Shown here: positions 1 through 14,596 of the stretch, piece by piece
Numbering within the stretch: the first letter of the stretch is position 1
Layout of the letters: each line of letters begins with the position of its first letter
Source of the DNA: the human T2T-CHM13v2.0 reference genome, Homo sapiens
Direction: 5' to 3' (one strand)
DNA: 64,000 nt
Assembly (NCBI RefSeq): GCF_009914755.1
Contig: NC_060931.1
Program-made: the position numbers and the translations under genes
Notes under the pieces: model-generated
Told to the model about the DNA's origin: nothing
Seen by the model: the letters and a program-made list of their open reading frames with translations, nothing else
Databases searched by the model: none

Positions 1-143
1 TACTCAGGAGCCTGAGGCAGAAGAATGCTGTGAACCCAGGAGGCAGAGCTTGTAGTGAGCTGAGATCGCGCCACTGCACTCCAGCCTGGGCGACAGAGCG
101 AGACTCTGCCTCAAAAAAAAAAAAAAAGAAAGAAAAAAGAAAC
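1..143 (+). mobile_element. Alu (AluY-like) right arm and A-rich tail, cut by the window edge
   Basis: gagcttgtagtgagctgagatcgcgccactgcactccagcctgggcgacagagcgagactc followed by poly(A). Confidence 0.9.
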
Positions 144-306
144 AATAGAAAATTAAAAGCTTCATTTTCTTGAGGGCTACAACATTGTTCTCACACCAGC
201 ACAGACACACTAAAATGTTTTGGAGGCCAGAGAGACTTGACCAATGGATAGAACAAGCAAACAGTTTACAGGGAAAATACACCATTAAGATCCTGTGAAG
301 AGACTG

Positions 307-3300
307 AATGACACCCCATCTCACGCCACGTGTCTTTCCCCCTCAATGACACCCCATCTCACGCCACGTGTCTTTCCCCCTCAATGACACCCCATCTCAC
401 GACACATGTCTTTCCCCCTCAATGACACCCCATCTCACGCCACGTGTCTTTCCCCCTCACTGACACCCCATCTCACGCCACACGTCTTTCCCCCTCAATG
501 ACGCCCCATCTCACGCCACGTGTCATTCCCCCTCACTGACACCCCATCTCACGCCACGTGTCTTTCCCCCTCAATGACACCCCATCTCACGCCACGTGTC
601 ATTCCCCCTCACTGACACCCCATCTCACGCCACGTGTCATTCCCCCTTCAATGACACCCCATCTCACGCCACTTGTCTTTCCCCCTCAATGACACCCCAT
701 CTCACGCCACGTGTCTTTCCCCCTCAATGACACCCCATCTCACGCCACACGTCTTTCCCCCTCAATGACACCCCATCTCACGCCACGTGTCTTTCCCCCT
801 CACTGACACCCCATCTCACGCCACGTGTCTTTCCCCCTCAATGACACCCCATCTCACGCCACGTGTCTTTCCCCTTCAATGACACCCCATCTCACGCCAC
901 GTGTCTTTCCCCCTCAATGACACCCCATCTAACGCCACGTGTCTTTCCCCCTCAATGACACCCCATCTCACGCCACGTGTCTTTCCCCCTCAATGACACC
1001 CCATCTCACGCCACGTGTCTTTCCCCCTCAATGACACCCCATCTCACGCCACGTGTCTTTCCCCCTCAATGACACCCCATCTCACGCCACGTGTCTTTCC
1101 CCCTCAATGACACCCCATCTCACGCCACGTGTCTTTCCCCCTCAATGACACCCCATCTCACGCCACACGTCTTTCCCCCTCAATGACACCCCATCTCACG
1201 CCACGTGTCTTTCCCCCTCAATGACACCCCATCTCACGCCACGTGTCTTTCCCCCTCAATGACACCCCATCTCACGCCACGTGTCTTTCCGCCTCAATGA
1301 CACCCCATCTCACGCCACATGTCTTTCCCCCTCAATGACACCCCATCTCACGCCACGTGTCTTTCCCCTTCAATGACACCCCATCTCACGCCACACGTCT
1401 TTCCCCCTCAATGACACCCCATCTCACGCCACGTGTCTTTCCCCCTCAATGACACCCCATCTCACGCCACGTGTCTTTCCCCCTCAATGACACCCCATCT
1501 CACGCCACGTGTCTTTCCCCCTCAATGACACCCCATCTCACGCCACGTGTCTTTCCCCCTCAATGACACCCCATCTCACGCGTGTCTTTCCCCCTCAATG
1601 ACACCCCATCTCACGCCACGTGTCTTTCCCCCTCAATGACACCCCATCTCACGCCACGTGTCTTTCCCCCTCAATGACACCCCATCTCACGCCACGTGTC
1701 TTTCCCCCTCAATGACACCCCATCTCACGCCACGTGTCTTTCCCCCTCAATGACACCCCATCTCACGCCACGTGTCTTTCCCCCTCAATGACACCCCATC
1801 TCACGCCACGTGTCTTTCCCCCTCAATGACACACCATCTCACGCCACGTGTCTTTCCCCCTCAATGACACCCCATCTCACGCCACGTGTCTTTCCCCCCA
1901 ATGACACCCCATCTCACGCCACGTGTCTTTCCCCCTCAATGACACCCCATCTCACGCCACGTGTCTTTCCCCCTCAATGACACCCCATCTCACGCCACGT
2001 GTCTTCCCCCTCAATGACACCCCATCTCACGCCACGTGTCTTTCCCCTTCAATGACACCCCATCTCACGCCACGTGTCTTTCCCCCGCAATGACACCCCA
2101 CCTCACGCCACACGTCTTTCCCCCGCAATGACACCCCACCTCACGCCACACGTCTTTCCCCCTCTCTGACACCCCACCTCATGCCACACGTCTTTCCCCC
2201 TCAATGACACCCCATCTCACGCCACGTATCTTTCCCCTTCAATGACACCCCATCTCACGCCACGTGTCTTTCCCCTTCAATGACACCCCATCTCACGCCA
2301 CGTGTCTTTCCCCCTCAATGACACCCCATCTCACGCCACGTGTCTTTCCCCCTCAATGACACCCCATCTCACGCCACGTGTCTTTCCCCCTCAATGACAC
2401 CCCATCTCACGCCACGTGTCTTTCCCCCTCAATGACACCCCATCTCACGCCACGTGTCTTTCCCCCTCACTGACACCCCATCTCACACCACGTGTCTTTC
2501 CCCCTCAATGACACCCCATCTCATGCCACGTGTCTTTCCCCCTCAATGACACCCCATCTCACGCCACGTGTCTTTCCCCCTCAATGACACCCCATCTCAC
2601 GCCACGTGTCTTTCCCCCTCACTGACACCCCATCTCACACCACGTGTCTTTCCCCTTCAATGACACCCCATCTCACGCCACGTGTCTTTCCCCCTCACTG
2701 ACACCCCATCTCACGCCACGTGTCTTTCCCCCTCAATGACACCCCATCTCACGCCACGTGTCTTTCCCCTTCAATGACACCCCATCTCAGGCCACACGTC
2801 TTTCCCCCTCAATGACACCCCATCTCACGCCACGTGTCTTTCCCCCTCACTGACACCCCATCTCACGCCACAGGTCTTTCCCCCTCAATGACACCCCATC
2901 TCACGCCACGTGTCTTTCCCCCTCAATGACACCCCATCTCACGCCACGTGTCTTTCCCCCTCACTGACACCCCATCTCACGCCACGTGTCTTTCCCCCTC
3001 AATGACACCCCATCTCACGCCACGTGTCTTTCCCCTTCAATGACACCCCATCTCATGCCACACGTCTTTCCCCCTCAATGACATCCCATCTCACGCCACA
3101 TGTCTTTCCCTCTCACTGACACCCCATCTCATACCACGTGTCTTTCCCCCTTACTGACACCCCATCTCACGCCACGTGTCTTTCCTCCTCAATGACACCC
3201 CATCTCACGCCACGTGTCTTTCCCTTTCAATGACACCCCATCTCACGCCACGTGTCTTTCCCCCTCACTGACACCGCATCTCACGCCACGTGTCTTTCCC

Positions 3301-6300
3301 CCTCAATGACACCCCATCTCACGCCACACGTCTTTCCCCCTCAATGACACCCCATCTCACGCCACGTGTCTTTCCCCCTCACTGACATCCCATCTCACGC
3401 CACGTGTCTTTCCCCCTCAATGACACCCCATCTCACGCCACGTGTCATTCCCCCTCACTGACACCCCATCTCACGCCACACGTCTTTCCCCCTCAATGAC
3501 ACCCCATCTCACGCCACGTGTCTTTCCCCCTCAATGACACCCCATCTCACGCCACGTGTCTTTCCCCCTCAATGACACCCCATCTCACGCCACGTGTCTT
3601 TCCCCCTCAATGACACCCCATCTCACGCCACGTGTCTTTCCCCCTCAATGACACCCCATCTCACGCCACGTGTCTTTCCCCCTCACTGACACCCCATCTC
3701 ACGCCACGTGTCTTTCCCCTTCAATGACACCCCATCTCACGCCACGTGTCTTTCCCCCTCACTGACACCCCATCTCACGCCACGTGTCTTTCCCCCTCAC
3801 TGACACCCCATCTCACGCCACGTGTCTTTCCCCTTCAATGACACCGCATCTCACGCCACGTGTCTTTCCCCCTCACTGACACCCCATCTCACGCCACGTG
3901 TCTTTCCCCCTCAATGACACCCCATCTCACGCCACGTGTCTTTCCCCTTCAATGACACCCCATCTCATGCCACACGTCTTTCCCCCTCAATGACACCCCA
4001 TCTCACGCCACGTGTCTTTCCCCTTCAATGACACCCCATCTCATGCCACACGTCTTTCCCCCTCAATGACACCCCATCTCACGCCACGTGTCTTTCCCCC
4101 TCACTGACACCCCATCTCACGCCACAGGTCTTTCCCCCTCACTGACACCCCATCTCACGCCACGTGTCTTTCCCCCTCAATGACACCCCATCTCACGCCA
4201 CGTGTCTTTCCCCCTCACTGACACCCCATCTCACGCCACGTGTCTTTCCCCCTCAATGACACCCCATCTCACGCCACGTGTCTTTCCCCTTCAATGACAC
4301 CCCATCTCATGCCACACGTCTTTCCCCCTCAATGACATCCCATCTCACGCCACATGTCTTTCCCTCTCACTGACACCCCATCTCATACCACGTGTCTTTC
4401 CCCCTCACTGACACCCCATCTCACGCCACGTGTCTTTCCTCCTCAATGACACCCCATCTCACGCCACGTGTCTTTCCCTTTCAATGACACCCCATCTCAC
4501 GCCACGTGTCTTTCCCCCTCACTGACACCGCATCTCACGCCACGTGTCTTTCCCCCTCAATGACACCCCATCTCACGCCACACGTCTTTCCCCCTCAATG
4601 ACACCCCATCTCACGCCACGTGTCTTTCCCCCTCACTGACATCCCATCTCACGCCACGTGTCTTTCCCCCTCAATGACACCCCATCTCACGCCACGTGTC
4701 ATTCCCCCTCACTGACACCCCATCTCACGCCACACGTCTTTCCCCCTCAATGACACCCCATCTCACGCCACGTGTCTTTCCCCCTCAATGACACCCCATC
4801 TCACGCGACGTGTCTTTCCCCCTCAATGACACCCCATCTCACGCCACGTGTCTTTCCCCCTCAATGACACCCCATCTCACGCGACGTGTCTTTCCCCCTC
4901 AATGACACCCCATCTCACGCCACGTGTCTTTCCCCCTCAATGACACCCCATCTCACGCCACGTGTCTTTCCCCTTCAATGACACCCCATCTCACGCCACG
5001 TGTCTTTCCCCCTCAATGACACCCCATCTCACGCCACGTGTCTTTCCCCTTCAATGACACCCCATCTCATGCCACGTGTCTTTCCCCCTCAATGACACCC
5101 CATCTCACGCCACGTGTCTTTCCCCTTCAATGACACCCCATCTCATGCCACGTGTCTTTCCCCCTCAATGACACCCCATCTCACGCCACGTGTCATTCCC
5201 CCTCACTGACACCCCATCTCATGCCACGTGTCTTTCCCCCTCAATGACACCCCATCTCACGCCACGTGTCTTTCCCCCTCAATGACACCCCATCTCACGC
5301 CACGTGTCTTTCCCCCTCACTGACACCCCATCTCAAGCCACACGTCTTTCCCCCTCACTGACACCCCATCTCACGCCACACGTCTTTCCCCCTCAATGAC
5401 ACCCCATCTCACGCCACATGTCATTCCCCCTCACTGACACCCCATCTCACGCCACACGTCTTTCCCCCTCAATGACACCCCATCTCACGCCACGTGTCTT
5501 TCCCCTTCAATGACACCCCATCTCACGCCACGTCTTTCCCCCTCACTGACACCCCATCTCACGCCACGTGTCTTTCCCCTTCAATGACACCCCAACTCAC
5601 GCCACGTGTCTTTCCCCTTCAATGACACCCCATCTCACGCCACGTGTCTTTCCCCTTCAATGACACCCCATCTCACGCCACGTGTCTTTCCCCCTCAATG
5701 ACACCCCATCTCACGCCACGTGTCTTTCCCCCTCACTGACACCCCATCTCACGCCACGTGTCTTTCCCCCTCAATGACACCCCATCTCACGCCACGTGTC
5801 TTTCCCCTTCAATGACACCCCATCTCAGGCCACACGTCTTTCCCCCTCAATGACACCCCATCTCACGCCACGTGTCTTTCCCCCTCACTGACACCCCATC
5901 TCACGCCACAGGTCTTTCCCCCTCACTGACACCCCATCTCACGCCACGTGTCTTTCCCTTTCAATGACACCCCATCTCACGCCACGTGTCTTTCCCCCTC
6001 ACTGACACCGCATCTCACGCCACGTGTCTTTCCCCCTCAATGACACCCCATCTCACGCCACGTGTCTTTCCCCCTCAATGACACCCCATCTCACGCCACG
6101 TGTCTTTCCCCCTCACTGACATCCCATCTCACGCCACGTGTCTTTCCCCCTCAATGACACCCCATCTCACGCCACGTGTCATTCCCCCTCACTGACACCC
6201 CATCTCACGCCACACGTCTTTCCCCCTCAATGACACCCCATCTCACGCCACGTGTCTTTCCCCCTCAATGACACCCCATCTCACGCGACGTGTCTTTCCC

Positions 6301-9300
6301 CTTCAATGACACCCCATCTCACGCCACGTGTCTTTCCCCCTCAATGACACCCCATCTCACGCGACGTGTCTTTCCCCCTCAATGACACCCCATCTCACGC
6401 CACGTGTCTTTCCCCCTCAATGACACCCCATCTCACGCCACGTGTCTTTCCCCTTCAATGACACCCCATCTCACGCCACGTGTCTTTCCCCCTCAATGAC
6501 ACCCCATCTCACGCCACGTGTCATTCCCCCTCACTGACACCCCATCTCACGCCACACGTCTTTCCCCCTCAATGACACCCCATCTCACGCCACGTGTCTT
6601 TCCCCTTCAATGACACCCCATCTCACGCCACGTGTCTTTCCCCCTCAATGACACCCCATCTCACGCCACGTGTCTTTCCCCTTCAATGACACCCCATCTC
6701 ATGCCACGTGTCTTTCCCCCTCAATGACACCCCATCTCACGCCACGTGTCATTCCCCCTCACTGACACCCCATCTCACGCCACGTGTCTTTCCCCCTCAA
6801 TGACACCCCATCTCACGCCACGTGTCTTTCCCCCTCAATGACACCCCATCTCACGCCACGTGTCTTTCCCCCTCACTGACACCCCATCTCAAGCCACACG
6901 TCTTTCCCCCTCACTGACACCCCATCTCACGCCACACGTCTTTCCCCCTCAATGACACCCCATCTCACGCCACATGTCATTCCCCCTCACTGACACCCCA
7001 TCTCACGCCACACGTCTTTCCCCCTCAATGACACCCCATCTCACGCCACGTGTCTTTCCCCTTCAATGACACCCCATCTCACGCCACGTGTCTTTCCCCC
7101 TCACTGACACCCCATCTCACACCACGTGTCTTTCCCCTTCAATTACACCCCATCTCACGCCACGTGTCTTTCCCCTTCAATGACACCCCATCTCACGCCA
7201 CGTGTCTTTCCCCCTCAATGACACCCCATCTCACGCCACGTGTCTTTCCCCTTCAATGACACCCCATCTCATGCCACGTGTCTTTCCCCCTCAATGATAC
7301 CCCATCTCACGCCACGTGTCATTCCCCCTCACTGACACCCCATCTCACGCCACGTGTCTTTCCCCCTCAATGACACCCCATCTCACGCCACGTATCTTTC
7401 CCCCTCAATGACACCCCATCTCACGCCACGTGTCTTTCCCCCTGACACCCCATCTCAAGCCACACGTCTTTCCCCCTCACTGACACCCCATCTCACGCCA
7501 CGTGTCTTTCCCCCTCAATGACACCCCATCTCACGCCACGTGTCATTCCCCCTCACTGACACCCCATCTCACGCCACACGTCTTTCCCCCTCAATGACAC
7601 CCCATCTCACGCCACGTGTCTTTCCCCTTCAATGACACACCATCTAACGCCACGTGTCTTTCCCCTTCAATGACACCCCATCTCACGCCACGTGTCTTTC
7701 CCCCTCAATGACACCCCATCTCACGCCACGTGTCTTTCCCCCTCAATGACACCCCATCTCACGCCACGTGTCTTTCCCCCTCAATGACACCCCATCTCAC
7801 GCCACACGTCTTTCCCCCTCACTGACACCCCATCTCACGCCACACGTCTTTCCCCCTCACTGACACCCCATCTCATGCCACACGTCTTTCCCCCTCAATG
7901 ACACCCCATCTCACGCCACGTGTCTTTCCCCTTCAATGACACCCCATCTCACGCCACGTGTCTTTCCCCTTCAATGACACCCCATCTCACGCCACGTGTC
8001 TTTCCCCCTCAATGACACCCCATCTCACGCCACGTGTCTTTCCCCTTCAATGACACCCCATCTCACGCCACGTGTCTTTCCCCCTCAATGACACCCCATC
8101 TCACGCCACGTGTCTTTCCCCCTCAATGACACCCCATCTCACGCCACGTGTCTTTCCCCCTCACTGACACCCCATCTCATGCCACGTGTCTTTCCCCCTC
8201 AATGACACCCCATCTCACGCCACGTGTCTTTCCCCCTCAATGACACCCCATCTCACGCCACGTGTCTTTCCCCCTCAATGACACCCCATCTCACGCCACG
8301 TGTCTTTCCCCCTCAATGACACCCCATCTCACGCCACGTGTCTTTCCCCCTCACTGACACCCCATCTCACGCCACGTGTCTTTCCCCTTCAATGACACCC
8401 CATCTCACGCCACGTGTCTTTCCCCCTCACTGACACCCCATCTCACGCCACGTGTCTTTCCCCCTCAATGACACCACATCTCACGCCACGTGTCTTTCCC
8501 CTTCAATGACACCCCATCTCAGGCCACACGTCTTTCCCCCTCAATGACACCCCATCTCACGCCACGTGTCTTTCCCCCTCACTGACACCCCATCTCACGC
8601 CACAGGTCTTTCCCCCTCACTGATACCCCATCTCACGCCACGTGTCTTTCCCCCTCAATGACACCCCATCTCACGCCACGTGTCTTTCCCCCTCACTGAC
8701 ACCCCATCTCACGCCACGTGTCTTTCCCCCTCAATGACACCCCATCTCACGCCACGTGTCTTTCCCCTTCAATGACACCCCATCTCATGCCACACGTCTT
8801 TCCCCCTCAATGACATCCCATCTCACGCCACATGTCTTTCCCTCTCACTGACACCCTATCTCATACCACGTGTCTTTCCCCCTCACTGACACCCCATCTC
8901 ACGCCACGTGTCTTTCCTCCTCAATGACACCCCATCTCACGCCACGTGTCTTTACCTTTCAATGACACCCCATCTCACGCCACGTGTCTTTCCCCCTCAC
9001 TGACACCGCATCTCACGCCACGTGTCTTTCCCCCTCAATGACACCCCATCTCACGCCACACGTCTTTCCCCCTCAATGACACCCCATCTCACGCCACGTG
9101 TCTTTCCCCCTCACTGACATCCCATCTCACGCCACGTGTCTTTCCCCCTCAATGACACCCCATCTCACGCCACGTGTCATTCCCCCTCACTGACACCCCA
9201 TCTCACGCCACACGTCTTTCCCCCTCAATGACACCCCATCTCACGCCACGTGTCTTTCCCCCTCAATGACACCCCATCTCACGCCACGTGTCTTTCCCCC

Positions 9301-12300
9301 TCAATGACACCCCATCTCACGCCACGTGTCTTTCCCCCTCAATGACACCCCATCTCACGCCACGTGTCTTTCCCCCTCAATGACACCCCATCTCACGCCA
9401 CGTGTCTTTCCCCCTCACTGACACCCCATCTCACGCCACGTGTCTTTCCCCTTCAATGACACCCCATCTCACGCCACGTGTCTTTCCCCCTCACTGACAC
9501 CCCATCTCACGCCACGTGTCTTTCCCCCTCACTGACACCCCATCTCACGCCACGTGTCTTTCCCCCTCACTGACACCCCATCTCACGCCACGTGTCTTTC
9601 CCCCTCAATGACACCCCATCTCACGCCACGTGTCTTTCCCCCTCAATGACACCCCATCTCATGCCACACGTCTTTCCCCCTCAATGACACCCCATCTCAC
9701 GCCACGTGTCTTTCCCCCTCACTGACATCCCATCTCACGCCACGTGTCTTTCCCCCTCAATGACACCCCATCTCACGCCACGTGTCATTCCCCCTCACTG
9801 ACACCCCATCTCACGCCACACGTCTTTCCCCCTCAATGACACCCCATCTCACGCCACGTGTCTTTCCCCCTCAATGACACCCCATCTCACGCCACGTGTC
9901 TTTCCCCTTCAATGACACCCCATCTCATGCCACGTGTCTTTCCCCATCAATGACACCCCATCTCATGCGACGTGTCTTTCCCCCTCAATGACACCCCATC
10001 TCACGCCACGTGTCTTTCCCCCTCAATGACACCCCATCTCACGCCACGTGTCTTTCCCCTTCAATGACACCCCATCTCACGCCACGTGTCTTTCCCCCTC
10101 AATGACACCCCATCTCACGCCACGTGTCTTTCCTCTTCAATGACACCCCATCTCATGCCACGTGTCTTTCCCCCTCAATGACACCCCATCTCACGCCACG
10201 TGTCTTTCCCCTTCAATGACACCCCATCTCACGCCACGTGTCTTTCCCCCTCAATGACACCCCATCTCACGCCACGTGTCTTTCCCCTTCAATGACACCC
10301 CATCTCATGCCACGTGTCTTTCCCCCTCAATGACACCCCATCTCACGCCACGTGTCATTCCCCCTCACTGACACCCCATCTCACGCCACGTGTCTTTCCC
10401 CCTCAATGACACCCCATCTCACGCCACGTGTCTTTCCCCCTCAATGACACCCCATCTCACGCCACGTGTCTTTCCCCCTCACTGACACCCCATCTCAAGC
10501 CACACGTCTTTCCCCCTCACTGACACCCCATCTCACGCCACACGTCTTTCCCCCTCAATGACACCCCATCTCACGCCACATGTCATTCCCCCTCACTGAC
10601 ACCCCATCTCACGCCACACGTCTTTCCCCCTCAATGACACCCCATCTCACGCCACGTGTCTTTCCCCTTCAATGACACCCCATCTCACGCCACGTCTTTC
10701 CCCCTCACTGACACCCCATCTCACGCCACGTGTCTTTCCCCTTCAATGACACCCCATCTCACGCCACGTGTCTTTCCCCTTCAATGACACCCCATCTCAC
10801 GCCACGTGTCTTTCCCCCTCAATGACACCCCATCTCACGCCACGTGTCTTTCCCCCTCAATGACACCCCATCTCACGCCACGTGTCTTTCCCCCTCAATG
10901 ACACCCCATCTCACGCCACGTGTCTTTCCCCCTCAATGACACCCCATCTCAGGCCACACGTCTTTCCCCCTCAATGACACCCCATCTCACGCCACGTGTC
11001 TTTCCCCCTCACTGACACCCCATCTCACGCCACAGGTCTTTCCCCCTCACTGACACCCCATCTCACGCCACGTGTCTTTCCCCCTCAATGACACCCCATC
11101 TCACGCCACGTGTCTTTCCCCCTCACTGACACCCCATCTCACGCCACGTGTCTTTCCCCCTCAATGACACCCCATCTCACGCCACACGTCTTTCCCCTTC
11201 AATGACACCCCATCTCACGCCACATGTCTTTCCCTCTCACTGACACCCCATCTCACACCACGTGTCTTTCCCCCTCACTGACACCCCATCTCACGCCACG
11301 TGTCTTTCCTCCTCAATGACACCCCATCTCACGCCACGTGTCTTTCCCTTTCAATGACACCCCATCTCACGCCACACGTCTTTCCCCCTCAATGACACCC
11401 CATCTCACGCCACACGTCTTTCCCCTTCAATGACACCCCATCTCACGCCACGTGTCTTTGCCCCTCACTGACACCCCATCTCACGCCACGTGTCTTTCCC
11501 CTTCAATTACACCCCATCTCACGCCACGTGTCTTTCCCCTTCAATGACACCCCATCTCACGCCACGTGTCTTTCCCCCTCAATGACACCCCATCTCACGC
11601 CACGTGTCTTTCCCCCTCAATGACACCCCATCTCACGCCACGTGTCTTTCCCCCTCAATGACACCCCATCTCACGCCACGTGTCTTTCCCCCTCAATGAC
11701 ACCCCATCTCACGCCACGTGTCTTTCCCCCTCACTGACACCCCATCTCACGCCACACGACTTTCCCCCTCAATGACACCCCATCTCACGCCACGTGTCAT
11801 TCCCCCTCACTGACACCCCATCTCACGCCACGTGTCTTTCCCCCTCACTGACACCCCATCTCACGCCACGTGTCTTTCCCCCTCAATGACACCCCATCTC
11901 ACGCCACATGTCATTCCCCCTCACTGACACCCCATCTCACGCCACGTGTCTTTCCCCTTCAATGACACCCCGTCTCACGCCACGTGTCTTTCCCCCTCAG
12001 TGACACCCCATCTCACGCCACGTGTCTTTCCCCCTCAATGACACCCCATCTCACGCCACACGTCTTTCCCCCTCAATGACACCCCATCTCACGCCACGTG
12101 TCTTTCCCCTTCAATGACACCCCATCTCACGCCACGTGTCTTTCCACCTCACTGATACCCCATCTCACGCCACGTGTCTTTCCCCCTCAATGACACCCCA
12201 TCTCACGCCACGTGTCTTTCCCCCTCAATGACACCCCATCTCACGCCACGTGTCTTTCCCCTTCAATGACACCCCATCTCACGCCACGTGTCTTTCCCCC

Positions 12301-13938
12301 TCAATGACACCCCATGTCACGCCACGTGTCTTTCCCCCTCAATGACACCCCATCTCACGCCACGTGTCTTTCCCCCTCAATGACACCCCATCTCACGCCA
12401 CGTGTCTTTCCCCCTCAATGACACCCCATCTCACGCCACACGTCTTTCCCCCTCACTGACACCCCATCTCACGCCACACGTCTTTCCCCCTCATTGACAC
12501 CCCATCTCACGCCACACGTCTTTCCCCCTCAATGACACCCCATCTCACGCCACGTGTCATTCCCCCTCACTGACACCCCATCTGACGCCACACGTCTTTC
12601 CCCCTCAATGACACCCCATCTCACGCCACGTGTCTTTCCCCCTCAATGACACCCCATCTCACGCCACGTGTCTTTCCCCTTCAATGACACCCCATCTCAC
12701 GCCACGTGTCTTTCCCCCTCAATGACACCCCATCTCACACCACGTGTCTTTCCCCCTCAATGACACCCCGTCTCACGCCACACGTCTTTCCCCCTCAATG
12801 ACACCCCATCTCACGCCACACGTCTTTCCCCCTCACTGACACCCCATCTCACGCCACATGTCTTTCCCCCTCAATGACACCCCATCTCACGCCACGTGTC
12901 TTTCCCCTTCAATGACACCCCATCTCACGCCACGTGTCTTTCCCCTTCAATGACACCCCATCTCACACCACGTGTCTTTCCCCTTCAATGACACCCCATC
13001 TCACGCCACGTGTCTTTCCCCCTCAATGACACCCCATCTCACGCCACGTGTCTTTCCCCCTCAATGACACCCCATCTCACGCCACGTGTCTTTCCCCCTC
13101 AATGACACCCCATCTCACGCCACGTGTCTTTCCCCTTCAATGACACCCCATCTCACGCCACGTGTCTTTCCCCTTCAATGACACCCCATCTCATGCCACA
13201 CATCTTTCCCCCTCAATGACATCCCATCTCACGCCACGTGTCTTTCCCTCTCACTGACACCCCATCTCATACCACGTGTCTTTCCCCCTCACTGACACCC
13301 CATCTCACGCCACGTGTCTTTCCTCCTCAATGACACCCCATCTCACGCCACGTGTCTTTCCCCCTCAATGACACCCCATCTCACGCCACGTGTCTTTCCC
13401 CCTCACTGACACCCCATCTCACGCCACGTGTCTTTCCCCCTCAATGACACCCCATCTCACGCCACGTGTCTTTCCCCCTCAGTGACACCCCATCTCACGC
13501 CACGTGTCTTTCCCCCTCAATGACACCCCATCTCACGCCACGTGTCTTTCCCCCTCACTGACACCCCATCTCACGCCACGTGTCTTTCCCCTTCAATGAC
13601 ACCCCATCTCACGCCACGTGTCTTTCCCCCTCAATGACACCCCATCTCACGCCACGTGTCTTTCCCCCTCAGTGACACCCCATCTCACGCCACGTGTCTT
13701 TCCCCTTCAATGACACCCCATCTCATGCCACACGTCTTTCCCCCTCAGTGACACCCCATCTCACGCCACGTGTCTTTCCCCCTCAATGACACCCCATCTC
13801 ACGCCACATGTCATTCCCCCTCACTGACACCCCATCTCACGCCACATGTCATTCCCCCTCAGTGACACCCCATCTCATACCACGTGTCTTTCCCCCTCAG
13901 TGACACCCCATCTCACGCCACACGTCTTTCCTCCTCAA
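307..13938. repeat. Very large 38-bp VNTR (~359 copies), consensus AATGACACCCCATCTCACGCCACGTGTCTTTCCCCCTC
   Basis: Period of 38 read directly (e.g. 361 and 399); continuous for ~13.6 kb with recurring point variants and a few short deletions. Confidence 0.99.
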
Positions 13939-14263
13939 GTGCACGAGTGTCTGGGCTGACCTGCTCTCCAAGCTGGCACCAATTATAGTACATGGAACCC
14001 AATTTCCAACCAAAAGACCTCCAAACTTTTATAAAGCAATGTCATCAATGTGTAAATCACTGCCTATATTTAACCCCTGGAAATTAACAACTACATTGAC
14101 ATAAACTTAAATCTAACCAGTGTCTTTTCAGTATAAACTCTGAAAACATAAAATGTATAAGATGTTACCTTTTCTCAAGAGGTAAAAAAAAAAAAAAATC
14201 CTTATTTTTAATCTCTAACAAAGGCAATCCAATTACCTCACTGATTTTTAAAAAGATAAGCCC

Positions 14264-14596
<333 letters not shown>

